A stretch of DNA of 63,511 nt, filler included, from Hyphochytrium catenoides (GCA_900088475.1; 11 parts of 11 records of this genome joined end to end with filler, not necessarily neighbours in it); one strand, 5' to 3'; shown: positions 47,977 through 61,072, counted from the whole stretch's first letter. The notes: generated by a model not told the origin, from the sequence alone. A program made the numbers and translations.

Positions 47977-48783
47977 CTGTGCCGCTGTCTCTCCGAAGAA
48001 GACCTGCGAGATGATGATGCAGATGAGGCAAGAGATGCCAGACGCGATGCCCATGGATTCCGGGCTGTACCAGACATAGAAGAGAAGGAATCACAAGGGG
48101 GCCAGAAAGAGAGAGAGAAGGAGGAAGAGCAGGGTAGAAAAAGGGGAAGGAAAGAGCGAGGAAGAGAGAGAGAGAGCAATAGACAACGAGTTAGAGAAGG
48201 AGAGAGAGTAGAGGGGGACCCAGAAAAAAGCAGTGACAGGGACGACAGGAGCTCGAGGAGAGGAAAGTGTCGGATAGAGAAAGATCTACTAGTACCAGGA
48301 CAAGGATTTCCCAAAAAAAGCGAGAGCGAGAGAGAGAGAAGCACAACGAAGAGAGAGAGAGAGGTAAGGGAAGCGAGAGAGAGGTACGGCAGACAGAGAG
48401 AGAGAAAGAGAGAGAGAACGCGCGGGCGAGAAACAGAAAGAGAAAGGTAAAGGAAACAGAAACGTAAAGAAAGAGAGAGAGTGGAACAAAGAGAGAGGCA
48501 CAGAGAGAGAGAGACACGCAGAGAAAGGTACTGACATCGGCTTCTCTCCCTCTGTTGTTCCTTTCTTACACAGATCCTTCCCTGTCAGAATGGCGGGCAT
48601 CTTCGGCGCGAGGATGGGAATGGTGATGAGCGTGAGGACATATCCCAACGCTCCCAATCCCAGCGCGCTCAGCACCTGAGCGACCGTCTCGTCCATGAAT
48701 TCTGGGCTCTCAGTGGCCCAGAGCAGCACCAACGAGAAGGGAAGAAGAGGAAGAATGGCGAGAAAGGCGGAGGAGAGCCTCAT
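47977..48783 (-). CDS. DPAGT1: UDP-GlcNAc:dolichyl-phosphate GlcNAc-1-phosphotransferase (ALG7), first two exons
   Basis: Exons 48783-48536 and 48064-47977 splice to ...LTGKDLCKKGT...KPIPESMGIASG, the conserved G.DL.K...IPES.G motif after an N-terminal TM helix. Confidence 0.85.
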
Positions 48784-48797
48784 GGTTCCTCTTTCTT

Positions 48798-48834
<37 letters not shown>

Positions 48835-49351
48835 ATGTCTGTCTGTGTGTCTCTTTCTCTGTCTGTTTGTCTGGTTTCTTTCGCCAGACGTCTCGTTCTC
48901 TGGCTATTTTCTCTTTTCTGTCTCTCTTCTCTCTCTCTCTCTGGGCTTTTCCAGTCTGGCTGCAATGTTCACGGCCTCATGCTCCAGTCACACAGAGACT
49001 CTCTCTCTCTCGTTGTCTGTCTCTCTCTGTTCGTCAGTCTCTCTTTCTTTATCTCCCTTCCCGTCTTAGCTGTTGGTCTCGACCTCCTATGTGTGACAAG
49101 AATGGCCTGGCAGCAGCGGAAGAGACAGCGGCGGAGAGAGCAAGCCCTGCTACTGAAGAGACACAGCGCACGTCCTGGTGTGAGTGAGAACACGCTGAGG
49201 CAGGGAGAGGAAAGAACCTCAAGGGGTTTTCAAAGGTGCGAGAAAGAGAGAGAGAGAGAGAGAGGTAGAAGAGAGGGTGAGGGTGGAGGAAGGATAGAGA
49301 CTATGTATGCGTAGAGACAGAGAGAGAGAAAAAGAGAGAGACAGCTGAAGG

Positions 49352-49396
<45 letters not shown>

Positions 49397-52138
49397 CGAG
49401 CGAGCGAGAGAGAGAGAGAGAGAAAGAGAGACAGAAAGAGAGAGAAACAGAGAGAGAGAGAGAGACAGAGCACCAAACATAATAAGATTCGCATCAATGA
49501 TACAGCTCTAAAGCTCAGATTCGGATACATCGCAAAACCCAGATACAGACTACCTGATCTGCCCGTACTAAACTTCATGAATCCATCCGTACAACAACGA
49601 CGCACAGTTGTCAGCTCTGGGCGATGACTATAAACAGAGATTTTTTATCGCTGCTTCAGAAATCGACAGATCTCCGTTTATGGCTCTTGTCAAGCTCTAC
49701 AGTCTTTACGCTAGAGCTCCACTTGAGCTTTGTCTAACAAGTCTCGCAAATCAAGCCTAGCTGGACTTTTGCTTTATGATTGATAGTCTGTAGCCGTCTT
49801 TCATTGTCGATACTAAACTGCGTGTCCTGCTGGTTTACCTTCCCTTTAAAGAGGGCTGGGCGTCGTCCCGGTCTCCGTCAGATAAAGGGCGAAACAACGT
49901 AAAGCTTAGATCATATAAGGAGCATAGCTTACTGAGGCGAGGACGATATACCATGGCCTCAGAAGAAGGCACTGAGACCACGGAAGAAAGGAGGCAAAGC
50001 AGGCTAATAAGAATCTTTGTTGACCCTCGAAGGAGCCAAGAATGAAACAGGGAGGACAACAGAGCTGCGTTGGAAAGAATAAAGGCGTCGCGCAGCAGAG
50101 TGAACACCTAAAAGACAGGAGAAACAGAGTATTCAAAACAGAAAAGTAAGGGAGAATAAGAAAAGACCCAGTTCCTGGTGGCCCCACCGACCAGCTTCAC
50201 CAGCGCACTCCTTTTCATTGGAAGAAGAGAGAGAGAGAGAGAGACTGGGAGGTGCTTTTCTTTCTCTCTCTCTCTCTTTTCTCTCATCACCCTCTTTCTT
50301 TCTCGCTTTGTCTCTACTCTCACATGCCATTCGTCTATCACGGCTCCTCTGTCAATACGCTCTCTTGGTCTCTACATCTCTCTCTGTTTCCTCGATCTCC
50401 TTCTCGTCCTCAACTTGTCTCTCTTTCTGTTTCTCTTGTTAATTTGTTCGTCACTGTGTCACTAGGGTAGCTGTTCTTGTCTCTATTTCTCTTCCATCGT
50501 TAACTGTCCGTCTTTTGCTCTCGTACTCTCGGTGTTTGCCTTTCTCCTACATGTTCTTTGCTTGCTGCCTATATCTTCTCAACATGGACCGATATATGTG
50601 TACATCCCCTTCCTAGTCGCTTTTTCTCCTTGCAGCGCGCCTTTCATTCACTCTCTCTCTCTATCCCGTGCGGCATTGAGGCGTAGATTGGCTAGCCTTT
50701 CAAGGCAAACGGAAGAAGATGCAGGACCTGTTGCACAGAGGAGTGGAATTAGGAGATCTACGTGTGCCGCTATATAACAGTAGAAAAAGTCTTCTATAAG
50801 CATCGAGCCTTCTCATTGGAATGGCCACGCATTCTGAAAGTTATGGACTTTTCCTCTTTCATTATCTTTGACTGACGGCGACCTGGTTTTGCTGTCTCTC
50901 TCTTATGTGTCACTTTCCGTGCACTCCTAACTTACAATTGCGATACTCTCTCATTCAACCTCTTAGCCTTGCAAGCAACGCTCTGCTTTTTTGCCGCCGC
51001 CACCGCAAAGCCTTACTTCAATTCAGGCTGGAAATACCGGAGCTTCCTAGTCCTTCTTTCTCTTTCTCTCCCACTCTTTTTTCTCTTCTGCCGCACGCAC
51101 TTGCATATTGCCAACCAAAGCTACGAGTAGGAAAGCGATAAGACTCCCCATCGGTAAAGCAGAAGGATGACGGAGTCTCCTCCTCAGTTACAACTCTCCA
51201 CCTCTGCATCGCTGAAGCTCACATAATGGATCCTCGCTTTGTCTCTCATTCTTGGGCTCTGCTGTCCTTATTACAGCTGTTCTTCCTATCATCCGTCTTT
51301 CTTTCGTCATACCACTGATACCTTCTTCTCCTGTCCAGACAAAGCTCCTACGAGTACTACTACGATGTCCACAGACAGTGCACTGTTCCTAATTCGAAGA
51401 CCCTCAACCACCATAACTCTTAGTTTCCTTCTTCTTCTCCTCGTTGTCCTACGACAATGGCACATGTCCTTGGCGATAGGAGGCAATGCTGACCATCGTC
51501 TCTCAATTTTGTGGATTTATTCCCCGTCTTCTTTGGTCTTGTCTGGTGGCAATCTGTCTGTGGACGCCGCTCGCTCACTGAAAAGATATGTGCCTTTCTC
51601 TCTCTCTCTTCTTCTATGTCATCGCATTCTGGACTCTTAGTGTCTCACCTGTTCACCTACCTCTCAATATTTGGCTCACCTCATCATAGTCGCTTCTGGG
51701 CACCTTAGAAGCGAGTCATTTGGGCAAACGGACGGCGACAGAAGAAAGCCCTAGCACATACTTCTGTTGGCCAAAAGAAGACACCTTTGTATGGCTGGTG
51801 GGTGATAGGATATTGACTCTGGTATGCGCACCTTCTGTCTCGTGCTGTAGCTACCGTCCATCAAGAGAAAGAGGTGCTCTTGGCTCTCTTCTGTCTTCCT
51901 CCCTCATCTGTTTGTGCCCCATTCTCTTTATAAGTTCAATCTCTGTCTGTCTCACTGCTCGGAATCTGCTATTCAGAGATTATTGTTGGCTGCCGGATTG
52001 TCCGACCTTTGGGAAGAGAAGGGAAAGGACCAACCTTTAGAAAGAGCTATGACGACAGGCAGAGAACCAAGACTGACTGATGGGTGCAGGGAAGGGCTCC
52101 CTGGTCGTCTCGATGGACTGGTTCTTCCTCTCTCTCCC

Positions 52139-52176
<38 letters not shown>

Positions 52177-52408
52177 NNNNNNNNNNNNNNNNNNNNNNNN
52201 NNNNNNNNNNNNNNNNNNNNTTAATTAATTAANNNNNNNNNNNNNNNNNNNNNNNNNNNNNNNNNNNNNNNNNNNNAGAGAGAGAGAGAGAGAGAGAGAG
52301 CAAAGAAAGAGGGAAACGAAGAAAGAAGTGAGACAGACAGAAGGCAGAACAGAGATAAAATTTGTTGCAAGAACTGAGTGCCAGGAAGAGTAAGAGAGAG
52401 TGACTCAC

Positions 52409-53362
52409 ATGGTCGGCCAAATTCATCAGCCACGCAACTGACCGCCCAGGCGATCGTATTCCCGAAGGTCGGCCTGGCCGTGACCAAGAAGACAACGTCC
52501 GTGTTCTCCACGCCAGTTCTGCAACCAGAAGAATAAAAAATGAGAAGAGAAGATGAGCACAGGATCGACCCAGAGCTAGCTTTGCCATGGATCCATCTCG
52601 TCTCCACTGACAAAAGGAAGAGTTTAGAGAGAAAGATTGGCTACGATGAAGGATAAAGCGACAGAGAGGGGAAGAAAATGAAAACGAAGAGAAAGAACGC
52701 GGAAGAGTGAGGGTAACAAAGAAATGGAAAGAGAAAGAGAGACAGGGAGCGCGAGAGAGATGGCGGAAGAGAGATGTAATCTTAGTGGAGAGAGAGAGGA
52801 GAGACACTGACAAGAGGGAAGAAGAGCCCTGTCAGTCTTACGTCTGATAGTAGGACGGCATTTGTCCGTCACAGCACGCATAGGCAATGTCACTGGGACA
52901 CGTCCATCGCCGCAGAGTCAGTCTTCCGGGCACGGAGGCGACAGAGAGAACGCTTTGGAACCATTCCTTAGCCTTTTCCAGGACGTTGTCTCGGATGAAG
53001 GTTTTCTTGGCTGGTGAGAGGATGTCTGCAGAGGAACAAGTGTACTGGGTCGAGCGGCGACTGTCCGTGACCACCTCGCCCACCCGCGTGCAGAGAAAGC
53101 CTTCGAAGAGGAGAAGAGTCAGGTGGACAGTGAGGGACTAACGAGAGTTGGATTAGGAGAAGTGAGACAGAGAGAGAGAGAGTGGGAGAGGGTAGAGAGA
53201 GAGAGAGGAATTAAGTGAAAGGAGAATGTATGTGTGTCGGTGTCTACGGTGTGAGAGTGAGAGAATGAGAGCGAGTAAGTAAGTGAGAGAGAGAGAGAGA
53301 GAGANNNNNNNNNNNNNNNNNNNNNNNNNNNNNNNNNNNNNNNNNNNNNNAGAGAGAGAGAG

Positions 53363-53398
<36 letters not shown>

Positions 53399-53813
53399 GA
53401 TGACGTGGTGGTAGACGAGACACTGCGTTAAGAGTGGAGATGTTAAATTGTAGGAGGTCTACATTCTAACCAGGATCATCATCCAGCCGCGCCGTGTCGA
53501 GCCGGATTCGGATACTGTTCCAGGAAGCAGAGCTGCCCGACTGAAGCCTCCGCGCCTCCGATCCACAGGACTCATGAGCTTCGCCTTCTGCGCAGTGGCT
53601 ATACTGAGGCGCTACCACCTCGCTCAACCCTCGTTCCTATCATAGAGAAGAGGGTCAGAGAAGCTCAACGGCAGGCTGAAAAAGGCAAGCTGCCCCTGAA
53701 CAGTTTACCTTGAGGTCCGCGGCGATCTTGTCATGTTGACAGGAATGCGGCGTCCCTGCGAGGGCTCCTGACAGCGCTGAACATAAAACCAATGCCACGC
53801 CGCATCGCCGCAT
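52409..53813 (-). CDS. Leishmanolysin/GP63-like M8 metallopeptidase, 5' portion (4 exons)
   Basis: Signal peptide plus HSCQHD propeptide motif, RRLQ...WNSIRI, TCSSADILS, and GVENTDVVFLVTARPT..TIAWAVSC..DEFGRP. Exons 53813-53709, 53636-53471, 53100-52842 and 52518-52409. The HExxH motif lies beyond the scaffold end. Confidence 0.88.
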
Positions 53814-54365
53814 CCTCACACAGATAAAGAGGTCGTCCCGTACCTCCGAGCTGGATGCTTGGAACGCTACACCTACGCTGGCAGGCTCTGCGGCATTGAC
53901 GGTCAACGTTTGCAGTGTGACGCCAGGGATGGCTGGCTAGTACTCTTTCTCTATGGCAATGCTGCAGCAGGTGAATCGATGGCAAGAGAGAGAGAGAGGT
54001 AGAGACGGCAGGTGACAGAAGAACTATCTAGGGAGGATGGAGAACTGAGAGAAGAGAGCACAGATCGGTCCGAAGCGCTTGGTGTCCTTGGGCAAGAGAA
54101 GAGGAAGATGGGAGAAAGGAGAGTTTGAGAAGAAGGCTTGTGGGAGGACGGAGGGAAAGGAAGGAGAGAGCAAAGAAGGGAAGCGAAGAGACAAGAAGAG
54201 AAGAAAAAGAATGTGCGACAACACCCCTTATCTTTCTCCTCTCTCTTCTCTCTCTCTCTCTCTCTNNNNNNNNNNNNNNNNNNNNNNNNNNNNNNNNNNN
54301 NNNNNNNNNTTAATTAATTAANNNNNNNNNNNNNNNNNNNNNNNNNNNNNNNNNNNNNNNNNNNN

Positions 54366-55250
54366 GGCAGTCTCGAAACGATCATACGGGCGGCCTCCTC
54401 GTGCAAAGCCAACGACACCTGTCTCAATAAGCGATGGCGAAAGAAGTGTACATCACGCTCAAGAGCAACGGTCCGATCAGCCTGAGCAGCACAAATAGTA
54501 TTGACAAAGGCTGCAATGGTGGCGGAGCCCCCACCAACAGACTCCCAAACTAGAGGGAGGAAGTCGATTTGGTGGGCATTGCAAGCAGCTAGATACTTGT
54601 GGCGCTTACGATCCTCAACCACCGCCATCTGATATCCTGACCGTTCCGCTGCATAACGAAGGGTATTATGTTGCAGCGGGTGTGTGACCGAGATATCGAA
54701 GGCTGTGGCTGGGAACCGGTTGCCATACCCAGGGATAGCTAGGTCAGCAGGGCGGGAGAAGGGAGAGCGAGAGAGCAAGTGGTGGAGGGGCTCCCGAGAG
54801 CACCGGTATCCGGCATCCGATACTGCAGAGCACAATAGGGAGAGAACTCGGTTATGACGGCGGGAGGCACCGCCACCTGTGCGGCAGACCATCGCGTGGT
54901 CGCCGAAGATATCCATGTCAGCTCTTCGACAACTCCCGCATACCACAAGGGCCTGAAGAAAAGAAAGACCAAGAAAACGTCGAAGCATAGCCCGAAACAG
55001 AACAGAGGACTGAGCCTTGTGCAGCAGCGCCCCACAGGGAGAAGCGGTGAGGAAAGCCCCAGCATGAGGGAGAGAAACAGAACGAAGACGAGCCCGAGTA
55101 GCAGGAGAAGGAAGAGAAAGAAGACGGAGGTAAGCGCGTTTCCAGAGACGGGAGCAGAATTATGCTGCAAGTCCTTGTCACCAGCAAGGTGGAGGAAGTT
55201 ATGGCGCTCCTCCGACTGCTCCGGCTTTCCTAGTCTCTCTGCTTTATTAT
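54366..55250 (-). mobile_element. 5'-truncated CRE-clade-like non-LTR retrotransposon: post-RT region, CCHC knuckle and restriction-like endonuclease
   Basis: Frame open from 55159: RARLRSVSLPHAGAFLTA...MLRRFLGL...CGSC..DIFGDHAMVC..RRHNRV...RPAD...AFDISVTHP...EDRKRHKY...FLPLVWESVGG. No RT domain is present. Confidence 0.88.
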
Positions 55251-55384
55251 GAAGAAAATTAGTACAGAGTGTGAATTCGACTACTGTTTGAAGAAGATGA
55301 AAGAAGCAAATATGTACTACGAAGCAACAAAAGAGATTTTTTTTCATGAAGAACTACTACCAACGCTACTAACAGACTAATTCT

Positions 55385-55655
55385 AGAAGAAGAAGAAAGA
55401 GAAGAAGAAGAAGAGGAAGAAGAAGAGAAGAAAAGCTAAGAAGCCTAAGGCTCATCCATCATCTCAGCTCGAACCTGCTCCCTGCTCATCATCATCAGTA
55501 AAAGAAGAATCATAGTTGATTTCCTCAGTAGTGATGAGCAGAGAAGAAGGAGGAGGAGGAGGTGAACCACCAGCAACCATGTCATCACCAGCAACCATGT
55601 CATCACCGTCGTCGAGCTCAGCCGTCGCGAGACAAGCAAGAGAAGGGTCCAGCTG
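55385..55655 (-). mobile_element. 3' end of another CRE-like copy lying in tandem upstream of the RLE copy
   Basis: GGSPPPPPSSLLITTEEINYDSSFTDDDEQG plus a (TTC)n tail at 55385-55440; homologous to 23965-24335. Confidence 0.7.
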
Positions 55656-56193
55656 NNNNNNNNNNNNNNNNNNNNNNNNNNNNNNNNNNNNNNNNNNNNT
55701 TAATTAATTAANNNNNNNNNNNNNNNNNNNNNNNNNNNNNNNNNNNNNNNNNNNNGCCACAACGTGAAGTACTAACCTCTATACGACATCCGCTTGTTCC
55801 ACGATGCTGCTGGTCAGCAGTCCGGTATATATAGTGTTGAGCTTCATAACTCCGAGGTGGGAAAACAGAATTGTCTGAGTTTGGAGCTTCGGATGAAGCT
55901 TTTCTGATGAAGCTTCAACGAGTCTCCAGTGCTATTGTTCCTGCTGCTGGAGAAGGTGTTCTGCCTGCCATTTACTTTGCTTCTTGACGGTGCGTTCTCC
56001 TTTGTGACCTAATGCAACCGAAATAGCAGCTGTGCTGGGCCTTGGGTCCTGCGTGGGCTTTCGGACTATCTCGTTGCTGCTCAACTTCTCTCCATTCGTC
56101 CAGTGAGCTCCATTTTGCTATCTTGAGGTTGTTGTCTTCCGGTTGGCACGGTCCAGCGAGGAAGAAGCTCCTCTTCGTTTTTTTAAGTAAATT

Positions 56194-56976
56194 ATGGACC
56201 GACATCTCGTCGAAGATCCTCGCCATGTAAGCCGTGTTTGGCTCTACCAGCTTCAACACATAGTCCCAGACAAGTTGGTGGAGCGTGATAACGATCGCTT
56301 TGGGATCCTCACAATAGATTACACCTTAGATGGAGATGATCGACGACAGATTACGCGGGATGACATCAACAAGTTTCATGCCAAGAGAAAGCTGGTGCTC
56401 GGCTATCTCAGTGTCGGCGAAGCCGAGGAGTACCGCAGCTATTTTGATAAGGTACTGCGCATTGTTGAGTCTGTGCATGGAACATTTTTCCCCTGTTTTT
56501 TTTCGCTTACTCTCCTCTGCGATGTGTGGACCTCTTAGTAGGACCTAACAGCTCTCAGCTGTCATGCGCTACTTCATTTGTCTTCTCTTGCCACTTCGGT
56601 TTCCCCTTTCGTCTGTCAGGTTTTGGCTCCCTCAACCTGCGCTTTCCCTCTATATTCCTCTTTGATCTCTCACTCTTCTTTACATCCCTCGACCTCCCCC
56701 TTGAGGCTTTCTCCCTCATTGTCTCCTTGCACTTACAACAGTTCTCTCTCCTCGGTTATATAGCGCTGGGTTAAGAAGGAGGGCAAACTGCAGCAGCCTA
56801 ACCCGCAGACGGCCCCTAAGTGGCTAGGAAGAACCAACAGAGAGTGGGAGGACAACTACAAGGTGAAGTACTGGGATCCAGATTGGCAAGCCCTTACAAT
56901 GCAGAGAATAGACCGCTTGGTGGACATCGGCTTTGATGGCGTCTACTTGGACATAGTAGATGCCTTCACCTATTGG
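56194..56976 (+). CDS. TM1410/MJ1477-type (GH114/PelA-like) endo-alpha-1,4-galactosaminidase-like glycoside hydrolase, 3' partial
   Basis: Exons 56194-56451 and 56764-56976: WLYQLQ...IDY..DG...YLSVGEAEEYRSYF|...WLGRTNREWEDNYKVKYWDPDWQ...GFDGVYLDIVDAFTYW. Confidence 0.88.
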
Positions 56977-57454
56977 NNNNNNNNNNNNNNNNNNNNNNNN
57001 NNNNNNNNNNNNNNNNNNNNTTAATTAATTAANNNNNNNNNNNNNNNNNNNNNNNNNNNNNNNNNNNNNNNNNNNNGAGAGAGAGAGAGAGAGAGCTTAC
57101 CTTCTGTCTCTTCTCCAACCAATGAAACGACACATTCCCGAATCTCGCTTTCCGCACCTCTCTATTCGGAATAACAGAGTACCTTCGGACAACATCACGA
57201 ATATATAGAGCCTAAGATAAAATTGGGTTAGAGCTTCAATAGATTAATCACTTATCAGTTATCGCCATAATACTCTTTGAAGAAGTTGCCGTTACCGTCA
57301 GCGCCTCAATCTCCACAGTGGGGGATAGCGTCGGCTACCAGGGGCGGACGTCTCATTCATTTTCAGTTAAACTTTATAAGTGGGTGAGCAACCTCATGGG
57401 GATATGATGATGAAGATACTCCCCTGCTGTGGTGTGATCCTTCCTTCCTTCTAT

Positions 57455-57506
<52 letters not shown>

Positions 57507-57530
57507 TCTTTCTCTCTCTCTCTCTCTTTC

Positions 57531-57611
57531 TCTCGCTCATTCTCTCTGTCTCTTTTGCCCTCTCTCTCTCTCTAGCTCTCTCTCTCTCTCTCTCTCTGTC
57601 TCGCTCTCTCA

Positions 57612-57647
<36 letters not shown>

Positions 57648-57720
57648 CTCTCTCTCTTTCTCTCGCTCATTCTCTCTGTCTCTTTTGCCCTCTCTCTCTC
57701 TCTCTAGCTCTCTCTCTCTC
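57531..57720. repeat. ~130-bp duplication inside a CT microsatellite tract
   Basis: tctcgctcattctctctgtctcttttgccc...tctagctctc occurs at 57531 and 57661. Confidence 0.75.
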
Positions 57721-57926
57721 TAACTCTCCCTCTCTCTTTCTCTCTCTCTCTAACTCTATCTCTCTCTTGTTTCTCTGTCTTCCTTTCTTTCACCTTTCTC
57801 TTTCTTGCTACGACCGTCCGGCGAAAGGACAGGATGTTCACGAAAGTCAGTCCAAGCGTCAACAGACCTGAAAGGCCGTTCTTCTCGCCCTGCTTCTGCT
57901 CTTATCCTGACTCCTGACGGTCTTTC

Positions 57927-57969
<43 letters not shown>

Positions 57970-58263
57970 TCTCTCTTCTCTTCTTTCTCTCTTTCTGCCG
58001 CTTTCCTCCGATCGCCGCTTCTTCGCTGTTTCCTTAAGAAAGCTGAAAATCTGAAGACGAGAGAGAGAGCACCGCAAACTATTCCTTCATTCTCTCTTCT
58101 TTGTCTGCTCCATCAGAAAGGCTTCTAACCTACTTTCTTCTCACTCTGTCGGTAGCCGGCTTGCAGGTCGTCTCTCTCTCTCTTCTCTCTCTCTTGTCAC
58201 CCCTCTCGCTCTTACTATCTTTTAAGCACCTGCTGGAGAGAGAGTTGTTGCCCATCCCCCTTA

Positions 58264-58315
<52 letters not shown>

Positions 58316-58541
58316 CTCTCTCTCAATCTCTGAGCTTTAACAGTGGAAGAGAAAATCTTTGTTAGAGCTTTGTCGCTGTATCTCCCTCTGTCTCTCTCTC
58401 ACAGTGACTCCCTTCTTCTCCTAGACTCTCTCTCTCTCTCCTCTCCATTTAGTCTCTCTCTTGTGGACCGCACCCTTTCGTTACCTGTCCTGCTCCTCAT
58501 CCCATTCTCGCTCTTTCTCTTCTTTCTACCCTTCCTATCTT

Positions 58542-58575
<34 letters not shown>

Positions 58576-58595
58576 CGTCTCTCCTCAGCCCCACC

Positions 58596-58876
58596 ATGGA
58601 TCTCACTGCTAAACAGAAGAAAGTGGCTGGAGATGCAGACGGAGAGCCGTCCGACCCACCCGGTGAGGCCAAGCTAACTCACTCTTCATCTTGGTATCTC
58701 TTTCTCTCTCTCTCTTCCAGAATCTTGCTCTCTCCCTTTCGTGCTCAGTCCATCTCCCTCTCTCTGTCTCTCTCTCTCTCTGTCTGTCTGTCTGTCTCTC
58801 TCTCTCTGTCTGTCTGTCTCTCTCTCCGTCTCTCTCTCTGTCTCTCTCTCTCACTCACACACACTCTCTCTTCCCC

Positions 58877-58915
<39 letters not shown>

Positions 58916-58932
58916 TCTCGCTCTCCCCCTTC

Positions 58933-58964
<32 letters not shown>

Positions 58965-59222
58965 CTCCCCGCTCTCCCTAATACATACACTCACTCATGT
59001 TGTTCGTCTCTTCCCTCTCTCTCTCTCTCTCTCTCTCCAGCTCCGTCGTCTCTCTCTCTCTCTTCAAAGCTCGCCTTCTGTGTGATGGGCAGCGCCACTT
59101 CCGCCACCACGACGGCGATCCTGGGCGCGCTTGTTTACTGGGCGGCGCTGTACGGCCGCGGGGCCTTTATGTTCATCAACCTCGCCACCTACCTCCCTGG
59201 ACTGCCCATCGTTATCTTCCAG
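58596..59222 (+). CDS. Probable equilibrative nucleoside transporter-like membrane protein, first two exons
   Basis: CCACCATGG start; exon 2 (59041-59222) AFCVMGSA...ILGALVYWAALYG...FINLATYLPGLPIVIFQ resembles ENT TM1-TM2; GTGAG donors. Confidence 0.5.
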
Positions 59223-59224
59223 GT

Positions 59225-59267
<43 letters not shown>

Positions 59268-59400
59268 TGAGTGTCTTTCCTGTGTGTGAGAAAGGAGAGA
59301 GAGAGAAAAGTCTAGTATTTTTCTTACTACTAACAACGGTTGATAGAGAGAGAAACAGTTCAGATGGACTAAGGAGCCCGGAAAGAAGAGGGAAGAGGGA

Positions 59401-59443
<43 letters not shown>

Positions 59444-59678
59444 AAGAAGAGAGATTTACAGAGACAGACCGAAAGGAGGTAAAAGAGAGAGAGAAATCAG
59501 TAAAGAGACGTCTCTTATCTTTGCTGCTCCCTCGGCAAATGACGGTTAAATTGGGGTTCTGTCTTCTTTCAGTTGGCCCCTGCATTCTCTCCTCTCGGAG
59601 TCAAAGTACTCTCCCTTCTCACTTTCTCTCTCTCTCTCTCTCTCTCTGTCTCTGCCTCTGTCTCTCTCTGTCTCTCTG

Positions 59679-59724
<46 letters not shown>

Positions 59725-60035
59725 TCTTTCTTCTCTCTCCTCCCTTGCTGTCCCTCTTTCTCTCCCTGCCTCTCCCTCTCTCTCCTCTCGCCTCTTTTTC
59801 TCTCTCTCTTTCTCCTCCTCCTCCTCCCCGCTCCCTGGTGTCTCTCTCGTCTCTCTCTCCTTCCCCCCTTCTCTCTCTCTCTCTNNNNNNNNNNNNNNNN
59901 NNNNNNNNNNNNNNNNNNNNNNNNNNNNTTAATTAATTAANNNNNNNNNNNNNNNNNNNNNNNNNNNNNNNNNNNNNNNNNNNNCTCTCTCTCTCCCCCC
60001 TACCCCTTTCTGGCTCTCCTTACTCCATCTCTCTC

Positions 60036-60078
<43 letters not shown>
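60036..60078. repeat. (TCTA)n tetranucleotide microsatellite
   Basis: Seen directly. Confidence 0.9.
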
Positions 60079-60160
60079 GACACACCCACACACGACACAC
60101 GATCCGTTCGGGTCATCCCTCTCCCGTCTTTCTACCCCGTTCTCGCTCGCTCTCGCTCCA

Positions 60161-60196
<36 letters not shown>

Positions 60197-60209
60197 TAGC
60201 CACTATCAC

Positions 60210-60868
60210 CTGATACTGGGATGTCGCACTGAGCGCGCTGATGACAAGCTTGTTCCTCTCAAACTCCACGAACTCTGCCATGAACTTTGAGCTCGGTCTC
60301 ACGTCCGTGTAACACTCTTTTAGCACGTTCACAGCCCGCTGTAAAAGGAGAGCGTGTGAGCTAGAGCAGTCCGAGTCCGAGACAGGTCTGCTGCAGAAGT
60401 GACAGAGAGAAAGAGAGGAAAGAAAGCAAACGAAAAAGATACCAAACGAGACAGTGGCAGCTGGGAAGAGGGAGAGAGAGAGCCACCGAAACGGGGAGAC
60501 AGAGAGAGAGAGAGAGTGAGAGAGAGAGAGAGAGAGAGTGCTAGGAAAGGTGAATAATCCGAAATCCCTTCTTCATTATTCCCCTCTGATACCAGATCAA
60601 GCATGACTCCGTAGGGGATGCCATAGGCTCCGTAGGGCTCGAACACCTGGTAAGACTCTTGCGGCGTTGCACTGAAAGAGAGCGAGTCATCCATAAGAGA
60701 CTATGAACGGTGGAGCCTCGGATCTCATAATGAACGCAAGGGGCAGGGAAAAGGAGAGACAAGTAGGATCGGAGGCTTGCACCCAGGTAAGGGGATAGAA
60801 TAGGCTGAAGATAAAGTGTAGGGTAGGGAGGTGAGAAAGAGTTAAAGAAAGAAAGAGAGAGAGAAAAG

Positions 60869-60911
<43 letters not shown>

Positions 60912-61039
60912 GGGAGAAAGAGAGAGAAAAGAAAGAGAGTGAAAGCGAAGAGGAGAGAGAGAGAAAGAGAGAGAGAGGGAGAGAGAGAGAAAGAGAAAGG
61001 GGGGGAGAGTGTGAACGAGGTAGAGAAGGAGAGGACAGA

Positions 61040-61072
<33 letters not shown>

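Noticed and set aside
53560-53580. Possible in-frame TGA (recoding) in leishmanolysin exon 2
   Set aside because: Careful re-reading shows the coding frame is open (GEAHESCGSEARRLQ); the TGA is out of frame.
36436-56976. Apparent carbohydrate/surface gene cluster (DPE2, DPAGT1, GP63, GH114)
   Set aside because: Each gene is on a separate scaffold joined by linkers, so the adjacency is not real.
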